Below are positions 27,221-35,529 of a stretch of 64,000 bases of DNA, in pieces. Where the stretch lies: contig DHVT01000026.1 in the NCBI GenBank assembly GCA_002412775.1, positions 81,184-145,183 of the forward strand, written 5' to 3'. Position 1 is the stretch's first letter; the number at the start of each line of letters is the position of its first letter. Both the position numbers and the translations under genes were made by a program. Origin of the DNA: Firmicutes bacterium UBA5201 (GTDB lineage Bacteria > Bacillota > Clostridia > Peptostreptococcales > Acidaminobacteraceae). The notes beneath the pieces are model-generated. The model saw only the letters and a program-made list of their open reading frames with translations. It was not told the origin of the DNA and did no database searches.

Positions 27221-27730
27221 ATGTCATTATTTGATCAATGGAATGCACTCTTGGAAGGCAAAGGCCTGAACAAAGCGCAATCAGATGAATTTTGGAATGC
27301 CTATCTGGCACATGAGAAGCATATCTACGAAACAATTTTAACCGCAAAGAACACTAAAATCGAAGGTACGCTGAAAGCTTTTGGAGAAGTGCATGAACTT
27401 GAGCCCCTTCTCGCACTTGGATTCATCGATGGCGTCAGCTCAAGTTTGACTGAAGAAGTCGATCTTGAAAACATGACAGATGAAACAGAACTGGATCTCA
27501 CGATCGATTTCGAAAAACTGTACTTCAATATGCACAAAGCCAAAGCGGAATGGTTATATACCATCGAAGCTTGGGACGAGATTCTCACAAAAGAGCAACA
27601 AAGAGACATCAAGAAAAACTACGTGGACACTGTTACAGTCCGCATTGAAAACAAAATAGGCAGAAACGACCCATGTCCGTGTGGCAGTGGGAAGAAATAT
27701 AAGAAATGTTGTATTGACAAGGAGCTTTAA
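27221..27730 (+). CDS. SEC-C motif protein of unknown function
   Basis: ATG 27221 follows AAGGAGG. C-terminal [16 protein letters not shown] is the SEC-C metal-binding motif. Confidence 0.7.
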   Translation: MSLFDQWNALLEGKGLNKAQSDEFWNAYLAHEKHIYETILTAKNTKIEGTLKAFGEVHELEPLLALGFIDGVSSSLTEEVDLENMTDETELDLTIDFEKLYFNMHKAKAEWLYTIEAWDEILTKEQQRDIKKNYVDTVTVRIENKIGRNDPCPCGSGKKYKKCCIDKEL

Positions 27731-28030
27731 TCGCCCCTTGGGCGTTTAGAGCTCCTTGTCGGTGGTTTTGCGGACCCTAGTCCGCAGTGGTTTTTGCCAC
27801 TCTTCGAGTGAGCAAGTGGTTTTTCGCACTTGTCAGTGCTAAGTGGTTGGGAAAGTCAAAGTCAAAGACATAAAAAAAGCATCTCGAATACTCAAATGAG
27901 TATCGAAGATGCTTTTTTGATTTTCCTAACTGCTGCACTCGCAGAGTGCAACACCAACTACGCTCGGAGAGCGTAAAACCACTGCGGACCCTAGTCCGCA
28001 AAACCACCGCGCCAGGCGAACGCCCAGCGC
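27718..28030. repeat. Mirror-symmetric array of eight short GC-rich hairpins around a central bidirectional terminator
   Basis: Hairpins at 27732-44, 27770-85, 27798-810, 27826-39, 27935-49, 27961-73, 27984-99 and 28015-24. A 33-nt inverted repeat links 27761-27793 with 27976-28008. AGTGGTTTTT spacers sit on the left arm and AAAACCAC on the right. Confidence 0.8.
27872..27918. terminator. Bidirectional intrinsic terminator at the centre of the hairpin array
   Basis: A7 - GCATCTCGAATACTC / GAGTATCGAAGATGC - T6. Confidence 0.75.
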
Positions 28031-28984
28031 CTACTCTTCCTTCCCATACCTAGAACGATAAAGTCTCCTTCTGTCGAGGACGAATACGGGATCGGTGAAT
28101 TTATCATCGTCCATATCCTTGAGGGCTTTGTTCATATCGTACATGCGGGCGTCCACCATATCCAGATAGTGTAAAAGTTCCGCTTCGGGAATCAATGGTT
28201 TTTTCGGACTTCCGAATTCAGGTTCGTAATGATGTGAAAGAATCATGTGTTGGATCAATAGTGACAGTTCTTTATCGATGCCAAGTTGTTCAGCGACTCG
28301 ATCGATTCTTTTGATGCCCATGATGATGTGCCCTAAAAGTTGTCCTTCCATGGAATAATCATCCACAACACCCACTTCGGTGGCGTTCATCTCATTGATT
28401 TTTTCTATGTCATGTAAAATGACGCCTGCGAAGACAAGGTCACGGTTCACGTTTTTGTAAATGTCACATAATGCGTCCGCAGAACGCAGCATCCTCAGAA
28501 TGTGATACAGCAGACCGCTCTTTATGGCGTGGTGATTGGATTTTGCGGCGGGATAATACATCAATTCGGTTTCAAAGGATTCCACAATGGTCAGAACCAA
28601 TCTTCTCACTTCTTCAGATTCCATCTTGCCTATGAACGATAAAATCTCATCATACATGACTGAGGCTTCGATCGGAGCTGTAGGTATGAACTGGCTGTAA
28701 TCCACCTCATCCTCTTCCAGGGTTCCCCTGATCTTGATGATTTTCAGTTGAACGGTACTTTGCCACTGTGTGACAGTGGCTTGTACCTTGACGATTTCAC
28801 CAGGATTGTAAATGGTCTCGACATCGCCCTTTGCATCCCAAAGTTTTGCGTTCACTTCACCTGAAATATCCTGCAAAGTAAAATCTATATACGGTTTGTT
28901 GGCGCTTGATGTTTTGACGTTTTTCGCTTTTACCAAGTAAAATGCCGTTACCTCTTCTCCAACCTTCAAATCTTTAATTAACAC
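28031..28984 (-). CDS. yhaM: 3'-5' exoribonuclease YhaM (OB-fold plus HD domain)
   Basis: N-terminal OB-fold LIKDLKVGEEVTAFYLVKAKNVKTSSANKPYIDFTLQDISGEVNAKLWD. HD domain ILHDIEK...HMILSHH. Confidence 0.85.
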   Translation of the reverse strand: MLIKDLKVGEEVTAFYLVKAKNVKTSSANKPYIDFTLQDISGEVNAKLWDAKGDVETIYNPGEIVKVQATVTQWQSTVQLKIIKIRGTLEEDEVDYSQFIPTAPIEASVMYDEILSFIGKMESEEVRRLVLTIVESFETELMYYPAAKSNHHAIKSGLLYHILRMLRSADALCDIYKNVNRDLVFAGVILHDIEKINEMNATEVGVVDDYSMEGQLLGHIIMGIKRIDRVAEQLGIDKELSLLIQHMILSHHYEPEFGSPKKPLIPEAELLHYLDMVDARMYDMNKALKDMDDDKFTDPVFVLDRRRLYRSRYGKEE

Positions 28985-29039
28985 GGGGCATCTCTCCTTC
29001 TTTTTCTTAAACCATTATACTTGATTACATTTCATCTGT

Positions 29040-30395
29040 CTATTGAAGGAGCTCAAAAACAAATTGAGCCAGGTCCGCAAGATGTTCCAAATCAATAGAT
29101 GCATCAATAGTGTCGTATGGTGTGTGATAATACCTCTTGTCGAATTCTATCAAAGTCACTGCGGGGAATCCCGCTTGCTCAAATGGGAAATGGTCACTTG
29201 CTCCAATATTGCTGGTAATGGCGTTCAAGCCATAATCCTGAGCGTTGTTTAAGATCCACTCTGAAAGTTCCGCCGATTGGGGATGGGTGGTGCTGATTTC
29301 GAACTCTATGGGAATATTCGAACCCAACATGTCCATGTTGATGATTTTAAATTTGTCGACGTCCAAAAAACCTGCCCTTACAAAGGCGGTCGACCCATGA
29401 AGGCCTTCTTCCTCGCCATTGAATGCGATGAAGTAATAATCCAGTTCCTGTTCACCCCTGCGCACCATCGCTTCGGCTATTGCCATCATAGCGCTGACGC
29501 CCGAAGCATTGTCCAGTGCGCCATAGTTGACTGTTCCGTCCAAATTGTCACCCAGGTGGTCAAAATGGGCGGAAATGACGTAGCCATGATCCGCTTTGCC
29601 GTCAATCATCCCTACGACATTGGAGACTTCAACCCGTCTCAAGTCAGCAGTGGTAGAAACGCGAAGGTATTTTTCCTCAGAATCCTTGATTGTTTGAAAT
29701 GCATCAGGAGATACCCTGTAGATCAGAACGCCATTTTCATTGTCATTTTGACGCATCAACCCGGTAAATGGTGACAGGATGAAGTGGCCATTGTTCAATT
29801 GATCGGATTCATAGACGATTACTTTGGGCTTCCTTTCGGACGCCAATACCATCTTGAAAAACACATCATAACTGTATGTGCCGGTTGCATTTCTCGAGAA
29901 GACCCAGATGTCATCACTAGTGAGGTCCGCTACTTTATTGATCGCGAAAGGATCATCGATGATGGTGTATGCTCCTTCAAATGCTCCTATTCCCATTGCG
30001 AAATCCCTAGCGATGTATTCTGTGAAGTCATCCCCGAAATCAAACTTGTGGACACTTTCACCATTGACATCCACAATTTCGAGTTCGGTCACCTTTTGCT
30101 TAATGGGCACCAACATATCGAATCCGTGAAGATAGGATGTGGCAAACTCGGGAGCGACCAGCCCAATGGCTTCCATTTCGCTTCTCAGGAACTCCTCTGC
30201 CTTCTTGTTGCCTTCGGTTCCTGTCAATCTTCCTGTGAATTCCTCAGACACCAGCTTTTCCAGTATGGTGGTGACGTATTGTGGATCGACAGAGACCTCT
30301 TCGATGATCTCCGCTTTTGAAACGGGCTTTCCGCAGGCTGACATTGATAGGACCATTGCCAACATGATGATTGCATATATTTTTTTATGGTTCAT
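29040..30395 (-). CDS. M28 family aminopeptidase lipoprotein
   Basis: Lipobox LSMSAC. Metal ligand motifs SAHFDHLG, ALDNASGV, NGEEEGLHGS, NMDMLG, DHFPF. Confidence 0.8.
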   Translation of the reverse strand: MNHKKIYAIIMLAMVLSMSACGKPVSKAEIIEEVSVDPQYVTTILEKLVSEEFTGRLTGTEGNKKAEEFLRSEMEAIGLVAPEFATSYLHGFDMLVPIKQKVTELEIVDVNGESVHKFDFGDDFTEYIARDFAMGIGAFEGAYTIIDDPFAINKVADLTSDDIWVFSRNATGTYSYDVFFKMVLASERKPKVIVYESDQLNNGHFILSPFTGLMRQNDNENGVLIYRVSPDAFQTIKDSEEKYLRVSTTADLRRVEVSNVVGMIDGKADHGYVISAHFDHLGDNLDGTVNYGALDNASGVSAMMAIAEAMVRRGEQELDYYFIAFNGEEEGLHGSTAFVRAGFLDVDKFKIINMDMLGSNIPIEFEISTTHPQSAELSEWILNNAQDYGLNAITSNIGASDHFPFEQAGFPAVTLIEFDKRYYHTPYDTIDASIDLEHLADLAQFVFELLQ

Positions 30396-30427
30396 TTGCG
30401 CCTCCAGGTAACATGCTCTTATGTAAT

Positions 30428-30460
30428 AAAGCTCTGATCACTTTGAGGCGTCAGAGCTTT
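30428..30460 (-). terminator. Terminator-like hairpin after the PPIase gene
   Basis: AAAGCTCTGA-13 nt-TCAGAGCTTT. The U-tract on the minus strand is weak. Confidence 0.45.
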
Positions 30461-30470
30461 AGTTTTAAGT

Positions 30471-31214
30471 CTATATCTTTTCTATTGTATATTTTTCTTT
30501 CAAAGCTTCCACTTTTGAAAGGTATTCGTTGTTTTGCTTTTGAACCAGCAATTGCTGCTTGATTTGTGGCATCACTTCTTCAAGGGACTGAACTTCAGCA
30601 CTTTTTTCAGCTTTTTTCTGAATCAGATGGTATCCGAATTGGGTTTGAACCGGTTCAGACAACTCATCCATTGAAATGCTGAATGCGACTTCTTCGAACT
30701 CCGGAACCATTTGGCCTCTTTGGAAGAAACCCAAATCTCCGCCTTGTTGGCTGGATGGACACTTTGAATATTGCTTTGCAGCGTCTTCAAAACTGAGTCC
30801 TTCATTGATTTCGACCACGATTCGATCCGCTTCTTCTTTAGTGTCCACTAAAATGTGAGAAGCCTGAACTTGAGGTTGGGCTTTGAAATAATGCATATTC
30901 TCGTTGTAGAATACCGCAGCTTCCTCTTCAGTGACCGTTACGCCTTCTATCAAAGTTTTGATGTTGAATTGCTTGAGTAAGCCTTCTTTCATCTTTTCGA
31001 GCTCTATTTGAAATGCTTCTGTGGCTTCCACGTTCGATTCCACAGCTTCCGCATAAAACAGCTCTTGGTAAATCAATTCATCCAACAGGCGTTCCTTGCC
31101 TTCCTCACCTTGAAATTGAGACTGAACCTGTTGTCCAAGTGATCCGTAAAAAGTGTTGAAATCCTGATCAGTGATTTCTCTACCGTTGACTTTCGCCAAT
31201 ACTTTTGAAGTCAT
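30471..31214 (-). CDS. Parvulin-type peptidyl-prolyl cis-trans isomerase with a SurA-N-like chaperone region
   Basis: ATG 31214 follows AAAGGAG. ASHILV...AKQYSKCPSSQQGGDLGFFQRGQMVPEFEEVAF...TQFGYHLI. No signal peptide is evident. Confidence 0.85.
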   Translation of the reverse strand: MTSKVLAKVNGREITDQDFNTFYGSLGQQVQSQFQGEEGKERLLDELIYQELFYAEAVESNVEATEAFQIELEKMKEGLLKQFNIKTLIEGVTVTEEEAAVFYNENMHYFKAQPQVQASHILVDTKEEADRIVVEINEGLSFEDAAKQYSKCPSSQQGGDLGFFQRGQMVPEFEEVAFSISMDELSEPVQTQFGYHLIQKKAEKSAEVQSLEEVMPQIKQQLLVQKQNNEYLSKVEALKEKYTIEKI

Positions 31215-31324
31215 ATAATTCTCCTTTCGGTTATTAAGCTGTCGCTTACAGTGAAACAGCCATCCGATGTCTATCATACCAAAAAAAACATCAAATGGCT
31301 ACTTACTCGCTACAATTTTGTCTG

Positions 31325-31470
31325 TGAACTACCCACCACTTAAATTTTAATGAATTTTGAAGTGTGGGCTTCATGGTCAATATGACTAACGCCACAAGTT
31401 TACCCATGCTCAAAAGGCTGTTCCCGCCTCAAGGTCCCACTGGATTAGGTAACTAATTTCAGTAAGTTTT
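31325..31470 (-). ncRNA. Predicted TnpB omega-RNA / right-end RNA region
   Basis: The position (3' end of tnpB plus the right-end hairpin) follows the established IS200/IS605 TnpB architecture. The structure was not modelled and the boundaries are approximate. Confidence 0.35.
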
Positions 31471-32518
31471 TTGCTGCATTCACATCCCTGTCGTGTGATA
31501 CGCCGCAGTTAGGACAAATCCACTGTCTGACTTTAAGATTCTTCACCAATGGATTCTTATGGCCACAATCAGAGCAAAGTTGACTGCTTGCGTAGTTTGA
31601 TGGTGCTACAGTAAGTTGTCGGCCATACCAGTTGGACTTGTATTCAAGTAATCGCCTGAACTCGGCCCACGATACTTCACTGATGGCCTTTGCCAGTTTG
31701 TGGTTTTTAAGCATATTCTTCACCCTCAGGTCCTCTATGCCCAATGCTTGGTTTTCGCGTATGAGTATAGTGGACGTTTTGTGGAGGAAGTCGTTTCTTT
31801 GGTTTTTGATTTTCTCATGAAGCCTTGCCACTTTTAGACGTGCCTTGTAACGGTTTTTACTGCCTTTTTGTTTGCGGGATAAATTCCTCTGAAGTCTAAT
31901 GAGGCGTTTTTCAGACTTTCTGAGCCACTTGGGGTTATCTATGAACTCGCCCGTGGAGAGTGTCGCAAAAGTCTTTATACCTACGTCAATACCTATAGAA
32001 TCAGACGCTTTGGGTAGAGGCATGATTTCTTCGTTCACTAATATAGATGCATAATACTTGCCTGTGGGGGTCTTTGAAATGGTGCAAGATCTAATATCGC
32101 CGAGAAGTGGTCTATGCACTTTAATTTTGATCCTGGACTTCAGTTTCGGCACTTTAAGTAGACCATCTTCTATGGAAACAGTTCCCTTTTGATTGTTGGT
32201 TGTGAAACTGAAATAATTTTTTTTCTTGCTTTTATACTTGGGAAAGCCTACTTTTTTATCCCTGAAAAAGTTTTTATAAGCCTTTTGAAGGTTGAGTTGT
32301 TCATTCGCAAGAGCAAGACTATCCACTTCCTTTAGCCATGGAAAGTCGCTTTTATACTGGGCGGGCGTGTTGTTTAGTGTTTGACCTGTTTGTTTGTAAT
32401 GTTCAATTTTGTCATAAAGCATCTTATTGTAAATAAAGCGCGCAGCACCAAAAGTGTTGGAAAGAAATAGTACTTGCTCTTTATTAGGGTAGATACGATA
32501 CTTATAGGCCCTTAACAT
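31445..32518 (-). CDS. tnpB: RNA-guided endonuclease TnpB (IS605 OrfB family)
   Basis: MLRAYKYRIYPNKEQ N-terminus. RuvC triad candidates IGIDVG, LGIEDL and HDRDVNAAKN. Zinc finger CSDCGHKN...CPNCG. Confidence 0.9.
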   Translation of the reverse strand: MLRAYKYRIYPNKEQVLFLSNTFGAARFIYNKMLYDKIEHYKQTGQTLNNTPAQYKSDFPWLKEVDSLALANEQLNLQKAYKNFFRDKKVGFPKYKSKKKNYFSFTTNNQKGTVSIEDGLLKVPKLKSRIKIKVHRPLLGDIRSCTISKTPTGKYYASILVNEEIMPLPKASDSIGIDVGIKTFATLSTGEFIDNPKWLRKSEKRLIRLQRNLSRKQKGSKNRYKARLKVARLHEKIKNQRNDFLHKTSTILIRENQALGIEDLRVKNMLKNHKLAKAISEVSWAEFRRLLEYKSNWYGRQLTVAPSNYASSQLCSDCGHKNPLVKNLKVRQWICPNCGVSHDRDVNAAKNLLKLVT

Positions 32519-32643
32519 GGATTCACCTCCTTCTGATACTTATAACATAACATATTTTACATAAAAAGAACATACGTTCTTAAAAAAAGCCAATTCATCC
32601 CCCTCTTAAACTTGTTGTTTTGAAGTGGGGGACTTCTTGGATA

Positions 32644-33804
32644 CTATGTTAAATTTACATAAAATTCATCAAATGCTGTTTGGGTGATCCCGAGTTCGTG
32701 CAGGACATCCCGATTGATGAAATTGTCGTATTTGGTGTAGTCCATCGCTTTCCACGCATAATAGTTGGCAACATGTACCGCCATGACCAACTCTTTGTTG
32801 ATAATGTCGGGACTGAGAGGGTCATGATGCATCAACGCCGCCTCGATCATAGGATAAGGCAGACCCCAGAGATCGAGCAGATACCCTCCGAGCTCTTCAT
32901 GTGAAAAGCCTATGATTCGTTTTTCAGTCTCTACAAAACATAGCTTCTTGTCGCTGCTCACCAATTTGACGACTTCGTCGAATGCCTTCGGGAAATTGCT
33001 CATTAGGACAACGCTTCCAATATCATGCAAAAGTCCGATCGAGGCTATGTTGGTGTTGAGCTTCTTGCCAAGCAACTCCAGATACATCGCGCCAAGAATC
33101 TTGTTGGTCAATCCGACGTGTTGCCAGTGAATATCCCTGATTTTGGGATCAAGACCGTCATTTCCAAAGACGGCATTGCTGAGTATGATGTGCTTGACAT
33201 TGACCAGTCCGATATACATGATGGCTTGTCTTATGGAGCCAGTTTTGGCGTTATAAAAGGCGGTGTTCGCCAGTTTGAGTATGTTGGACGTTATGGCGGG
33301 ATCGCTTTCGAGTTTTTCCGCTATGTCCTCCACTGATGCGTTGTTGCGAATCATGTGTGAAAGATTGAAATAAACATCAGGAAGTGTCGGTATGTTTTTC
33401 ATAGTGGACATCAAGCTCAAAAGTTCCTTGTTTTTCACTTTTCCTTCTATTTCAAATACTTTTGAGATCAACTGCCATATCTCACCCGATGAATGGGCTT
33501 TGTTGCAATTGAGTTGGGAGATGCCTTCAAAAGCGGGCATATGATTTTCACTGGTGGTTTTGAGATCTGTCACACTCATACGGATCACGCCGGGAAATTC
33601 GGATTGGATTCTCTCGATCAGACTCTCATTGAAATTGCCTATTGAAACATCGACGACCACAAGATCTGTTTCTTCCATTTTGAGGCAATTCATGGCCAAG
33701 TTCTCGTCATCTCTTGTAATGAGTCTATATTGATTCTCATCCATTCTCTTTGTGAAATAGTCTGTAAAAACTTCATCCTTTGATACAAGCAAAATTGTTT
33801 TCAT
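32644..33804 (-). CDS. Receiver (REC)-like domain plus HDOD domain signalling protein
   Basis: ATG 33804 follows GGGAGAA. KTILLVSKDE...LVVVDVSIG is REC-like. LPDVYFNLSHMI...SDPAITSNILKLANTAFY...LLHDIGSVVL...GFSHEELGGYLLDLWGLP matches the HDOD pattern. Confidence 0.8.
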   Translation of the reverse strand: MKTILLVSKDEVFTDYFTKRMDENQYRLITRDDENLAMNCLKMEETDLVVVDVSIGNFNESLIERIQSEFPGVIRMSVTDLKTTSENHMPAFEGISQLNCNKAHSSGEIWQLISKVFEIEGKVKNKELLSLMSTMKNIPTLPDVYFNLSHMIRNNASVEDIAEKLESDPAITSNILKLANTAFYNAKTGSIRQAIMYIGLVNVKHIILSNAVFGNDGLDPKIRDIHWQHVGLTNKILGAMYLELLGKKLNTNIASIGLLHDIGSVVLMSNFPKAFDEVVKLVSSDKKLCFVETEKRIIGFSHEELGGYLLDLWGLPYPMIEAALMHHDPLSPDIINKELVMAVHVANYYAWKAMDYTKYDNFINRDVLHELGITQTAFDEFYVNLT

Positions 33805-33889
33805 ACTTTTCTCCCTTTTATTAAAGGCGATGACATTGATGGTCATCTTCTATATACCCTGACATTTCTTACAAACACAATAAAATACA

Positions 33890-34068
33890 TCAATTCTTGA
33901 CTTGAAATGACCCCTTTTTTTATGTTAAAATGAATACCAATGACAGGCAATGGTTTTCAAGTCGCAAACTGTACCTCCCTCTGAGAAATCCCTATGTTAC
34001 AGTTTGCCATTGTTGACGATTGCAATTTCATTCCTTATACTAGAGTCCCAACTCTAGTATTTTTTTTA
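33890..34068 (+). ncRNA. Candidate small structured RNA with C-rich loop motifs and its own intrinsic terminator
   Basis: There is no plus-strand gene upstream. 10-bp stem GCAAACTGTA (33964-73) / TACAGTTTGC (33998-34007), with a loop containing CCTCCCTC and TCCCT. Terminator ATACTAGAGT-CCCA-ACTCTAGTAT plus T7 (34037-34067). Possible promoter CTGACA (33859-64) -16 nt- TAAAAT (33881-86). Confidence 0.35.
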
Positions 34069-34106
34069 TTTTTGTCGGTCTCCATCATGTGAAATCATTA
34101 ACTTAA

Positions 34107-34135
34107 TTGAAAGTTGTTTTCAATTGCGCTATAAT
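34107..34135 (+). promoter_or_regulatory. Near-consensus sigma-A promoter of the ccdA operon
   Basis: TTGAAA (34107-12), 17-nt spacer, TATAAT (34130-35), about 30 nt upstream of ATG 34167. Confidence 0.7.
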
Positions 34136-34166
34136 GAACGAAAAGTTTAGAATAAAGAGGTATTTT

Positions 34167-34874
34167 ATGTTTTTACAGGTTAATTATTGGACAGCGTTCT
34201 CAGCCGGCATCCTATCTTTTTTTTCGCCGTGTCTCTTGCCACTCGTACCAGCGTATATCATGTATCTGACTGGATCATTTGACAATGCCGACATAGCACA
34301 GAAAAGAAAACATGCCATTATTCAGACTCTAGGCTTCATTATCGGATTCACTATAGTTTTCATGATTCTCGGAATTTCAGCCAGTGCTCTGGGACAGGTT
34401 TTTGCCAGAAACAAAATGTTGTTATCTAGGATCAGCGGTCTTGTGATCATGTTTTTCGGACTCTACATGGCCGGTTTGATCAAAATTCCTTTTCTCACCA
34501 AGGATTACAGAAAAGCGAAAGCCAGAACCAATGTGACGTTCTTGTCGGCAATAGGTATTGGTATGGCTTTTGCATTTGGTTGGACCCCATGTTTCGGTCC
34601 TATACTGGGTGCGATATTGGCTTCAACCGCGGCGATGAGTCAAAATGTCGGTGATGGCGTCAAATTGTTGTTCGTATACTCCATGGGCATGGCCGTACCA
34701 TTTTTGCTGACAACTTTATTCCTCGATTTTTTCGATCGACATGTTGCCGCATTAAGCAAACATTCCAAAAAACTCAATCTCATCGCAGGATTGTTTATGT
34801 TCATCTTGGGTCTGTTGATTTTTATGAACAAGATGAATATCGTATCCAATTTTCTATTGAAACTATTTAATTGA
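34167..34874 (+). CDS. ccdA: CcdA/DsbD-family thiol-disulfide electron transporter
   Basis: ATG 34167 follows AAGAGG. FFSPCLLPLVPAY and GWTPCFGPILG carry the two conserved Cys. Multi-pass membrane protein. Confidence 0.85.
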   Translation: MFLQVNYWTAFSAGILSFFSPCLLPLVPAYIMYLTGSFDNADIAQKRKHAIIQTLGFIIGFTIVFMILGISASALGQVFARNKMLLSRISGLVIMFFGLYMAGLIKIPFLTKDYRKAKARTNVTFLSAIGIGMAFAFGWTPCFGPILGAILASTAAMSQNVGDGVKLLFVYSMGMAVPFLLTTLFLDFFDRHVAALSKHSKKLNLIAGLFMFILGLLIFMNKMNIVSNFLLKLFN

Positions 34875-34898
34875 ATCCATCTATAAGGAGACTTTCCC

Positions 34899-35507
34899 AT
34901 GAAAAATTTAATCCGATCCCTTGCTTACTCAGCCATAATCGCCAGTGTATTGTTTGCCGCCTCAGCTTGTGGCTCATCAAAAGATGAAGTACCTGTGGCT
35001 GCTGATACTCCGGCGGTACAGGAACAACCCTCAGAAACTGTTGCCGAGGATGAGTCAGACACTTCAGTCACCGACGCTTCTTATGAACCAATGATTTTGG
35101 ATGATTTCAAATTGATGACACTTGACGGTGAGGAAACTTCATTATATGCTTATGAAGGAAAGACCATATTGATCAATTTTTGGGCGACATGGTGCGGTTA
35201 TTGCGTTCAGGAAATGCCTGTACTCGATGCTTTCAACGACCGTGACGATTTGGTCGTACTTGCCATCAGCGTTGGCGAAAATGAGAAGACCGTGCGTAAA
35301 TATATTGAGGAAAATGGCTATTCCTTCGAAGTTTTCTTGGATGAAAGCGGAGAACTTGGTGGAAAATTTGGGGTTACAGGACTTCCTACCACCTTGTTTT
35401 TAGGCCCTGATTTTGAATATTTCTATAGTTTCCCAGGAATGCTCACAGAGGAGACGTTGACTGAAATATTGACTGTCATAGAAGGCATTCGAGAAGATCG
35501 AAACTGA
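34899..35507 (+). CDS. TlpA/ResA-like thioredoxin-fold lipoprotein
   Basis: Lipobox FAASAC. Active site WATWCGYC. Confidence 0.85.
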   Translation: MKNLIRSLAYSAIIASVLFAASACGSSKDEVPVAADTPAVQEQPSETVAEDESDTSVTDASYEPMILDDFKLMTLDGEETSLYAYEGKTILINFWATWCGYCVQEMPVLDAFNDRDDLVVLAISVGENEKTVRKYIEENGYSFEVFLDESGELGGKFGVTGLPTTLFLGPDFEYFYSFPGMLTEETLTEILTVIEGIREDRN

Positions 35508-35529
35508 CAAACAACAAGGGGGAACTCAA

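Larger units (their letters stand above)
31325..32640 (-). mobile_element. Stand-alone IS200/IS605-family (IS1341-like) element carrying tnpB only
   Basis: Related subterminal hairpins at both ends. On the plus strand: 32598-32632 TCCCCCTCTTAAA...TTTGAAGTGGGGGA and 31332-31368 CCCACCACTTAAA...TTTGAAGTGTGGG. No tnpA is present. The exact ends are not determined. Confidence 0.7.

Noticed and set aside
27777-28007. 76-aa minus-strand ORF spanning the hairpin array.
   Set aside because: It reads straight through eight palindromic hairpins and a terminator and has no RBS. The open frame is a by-product of the repeat structure.
27718-28030. Possible CRISPR array, given the regularly spaced short repeats.
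   Set aside because: The units are only ~26 nt and lack constant repeats alternating with unique spacers. The array is mirror-symmetric around a terminator, and no cas genes are in the window.
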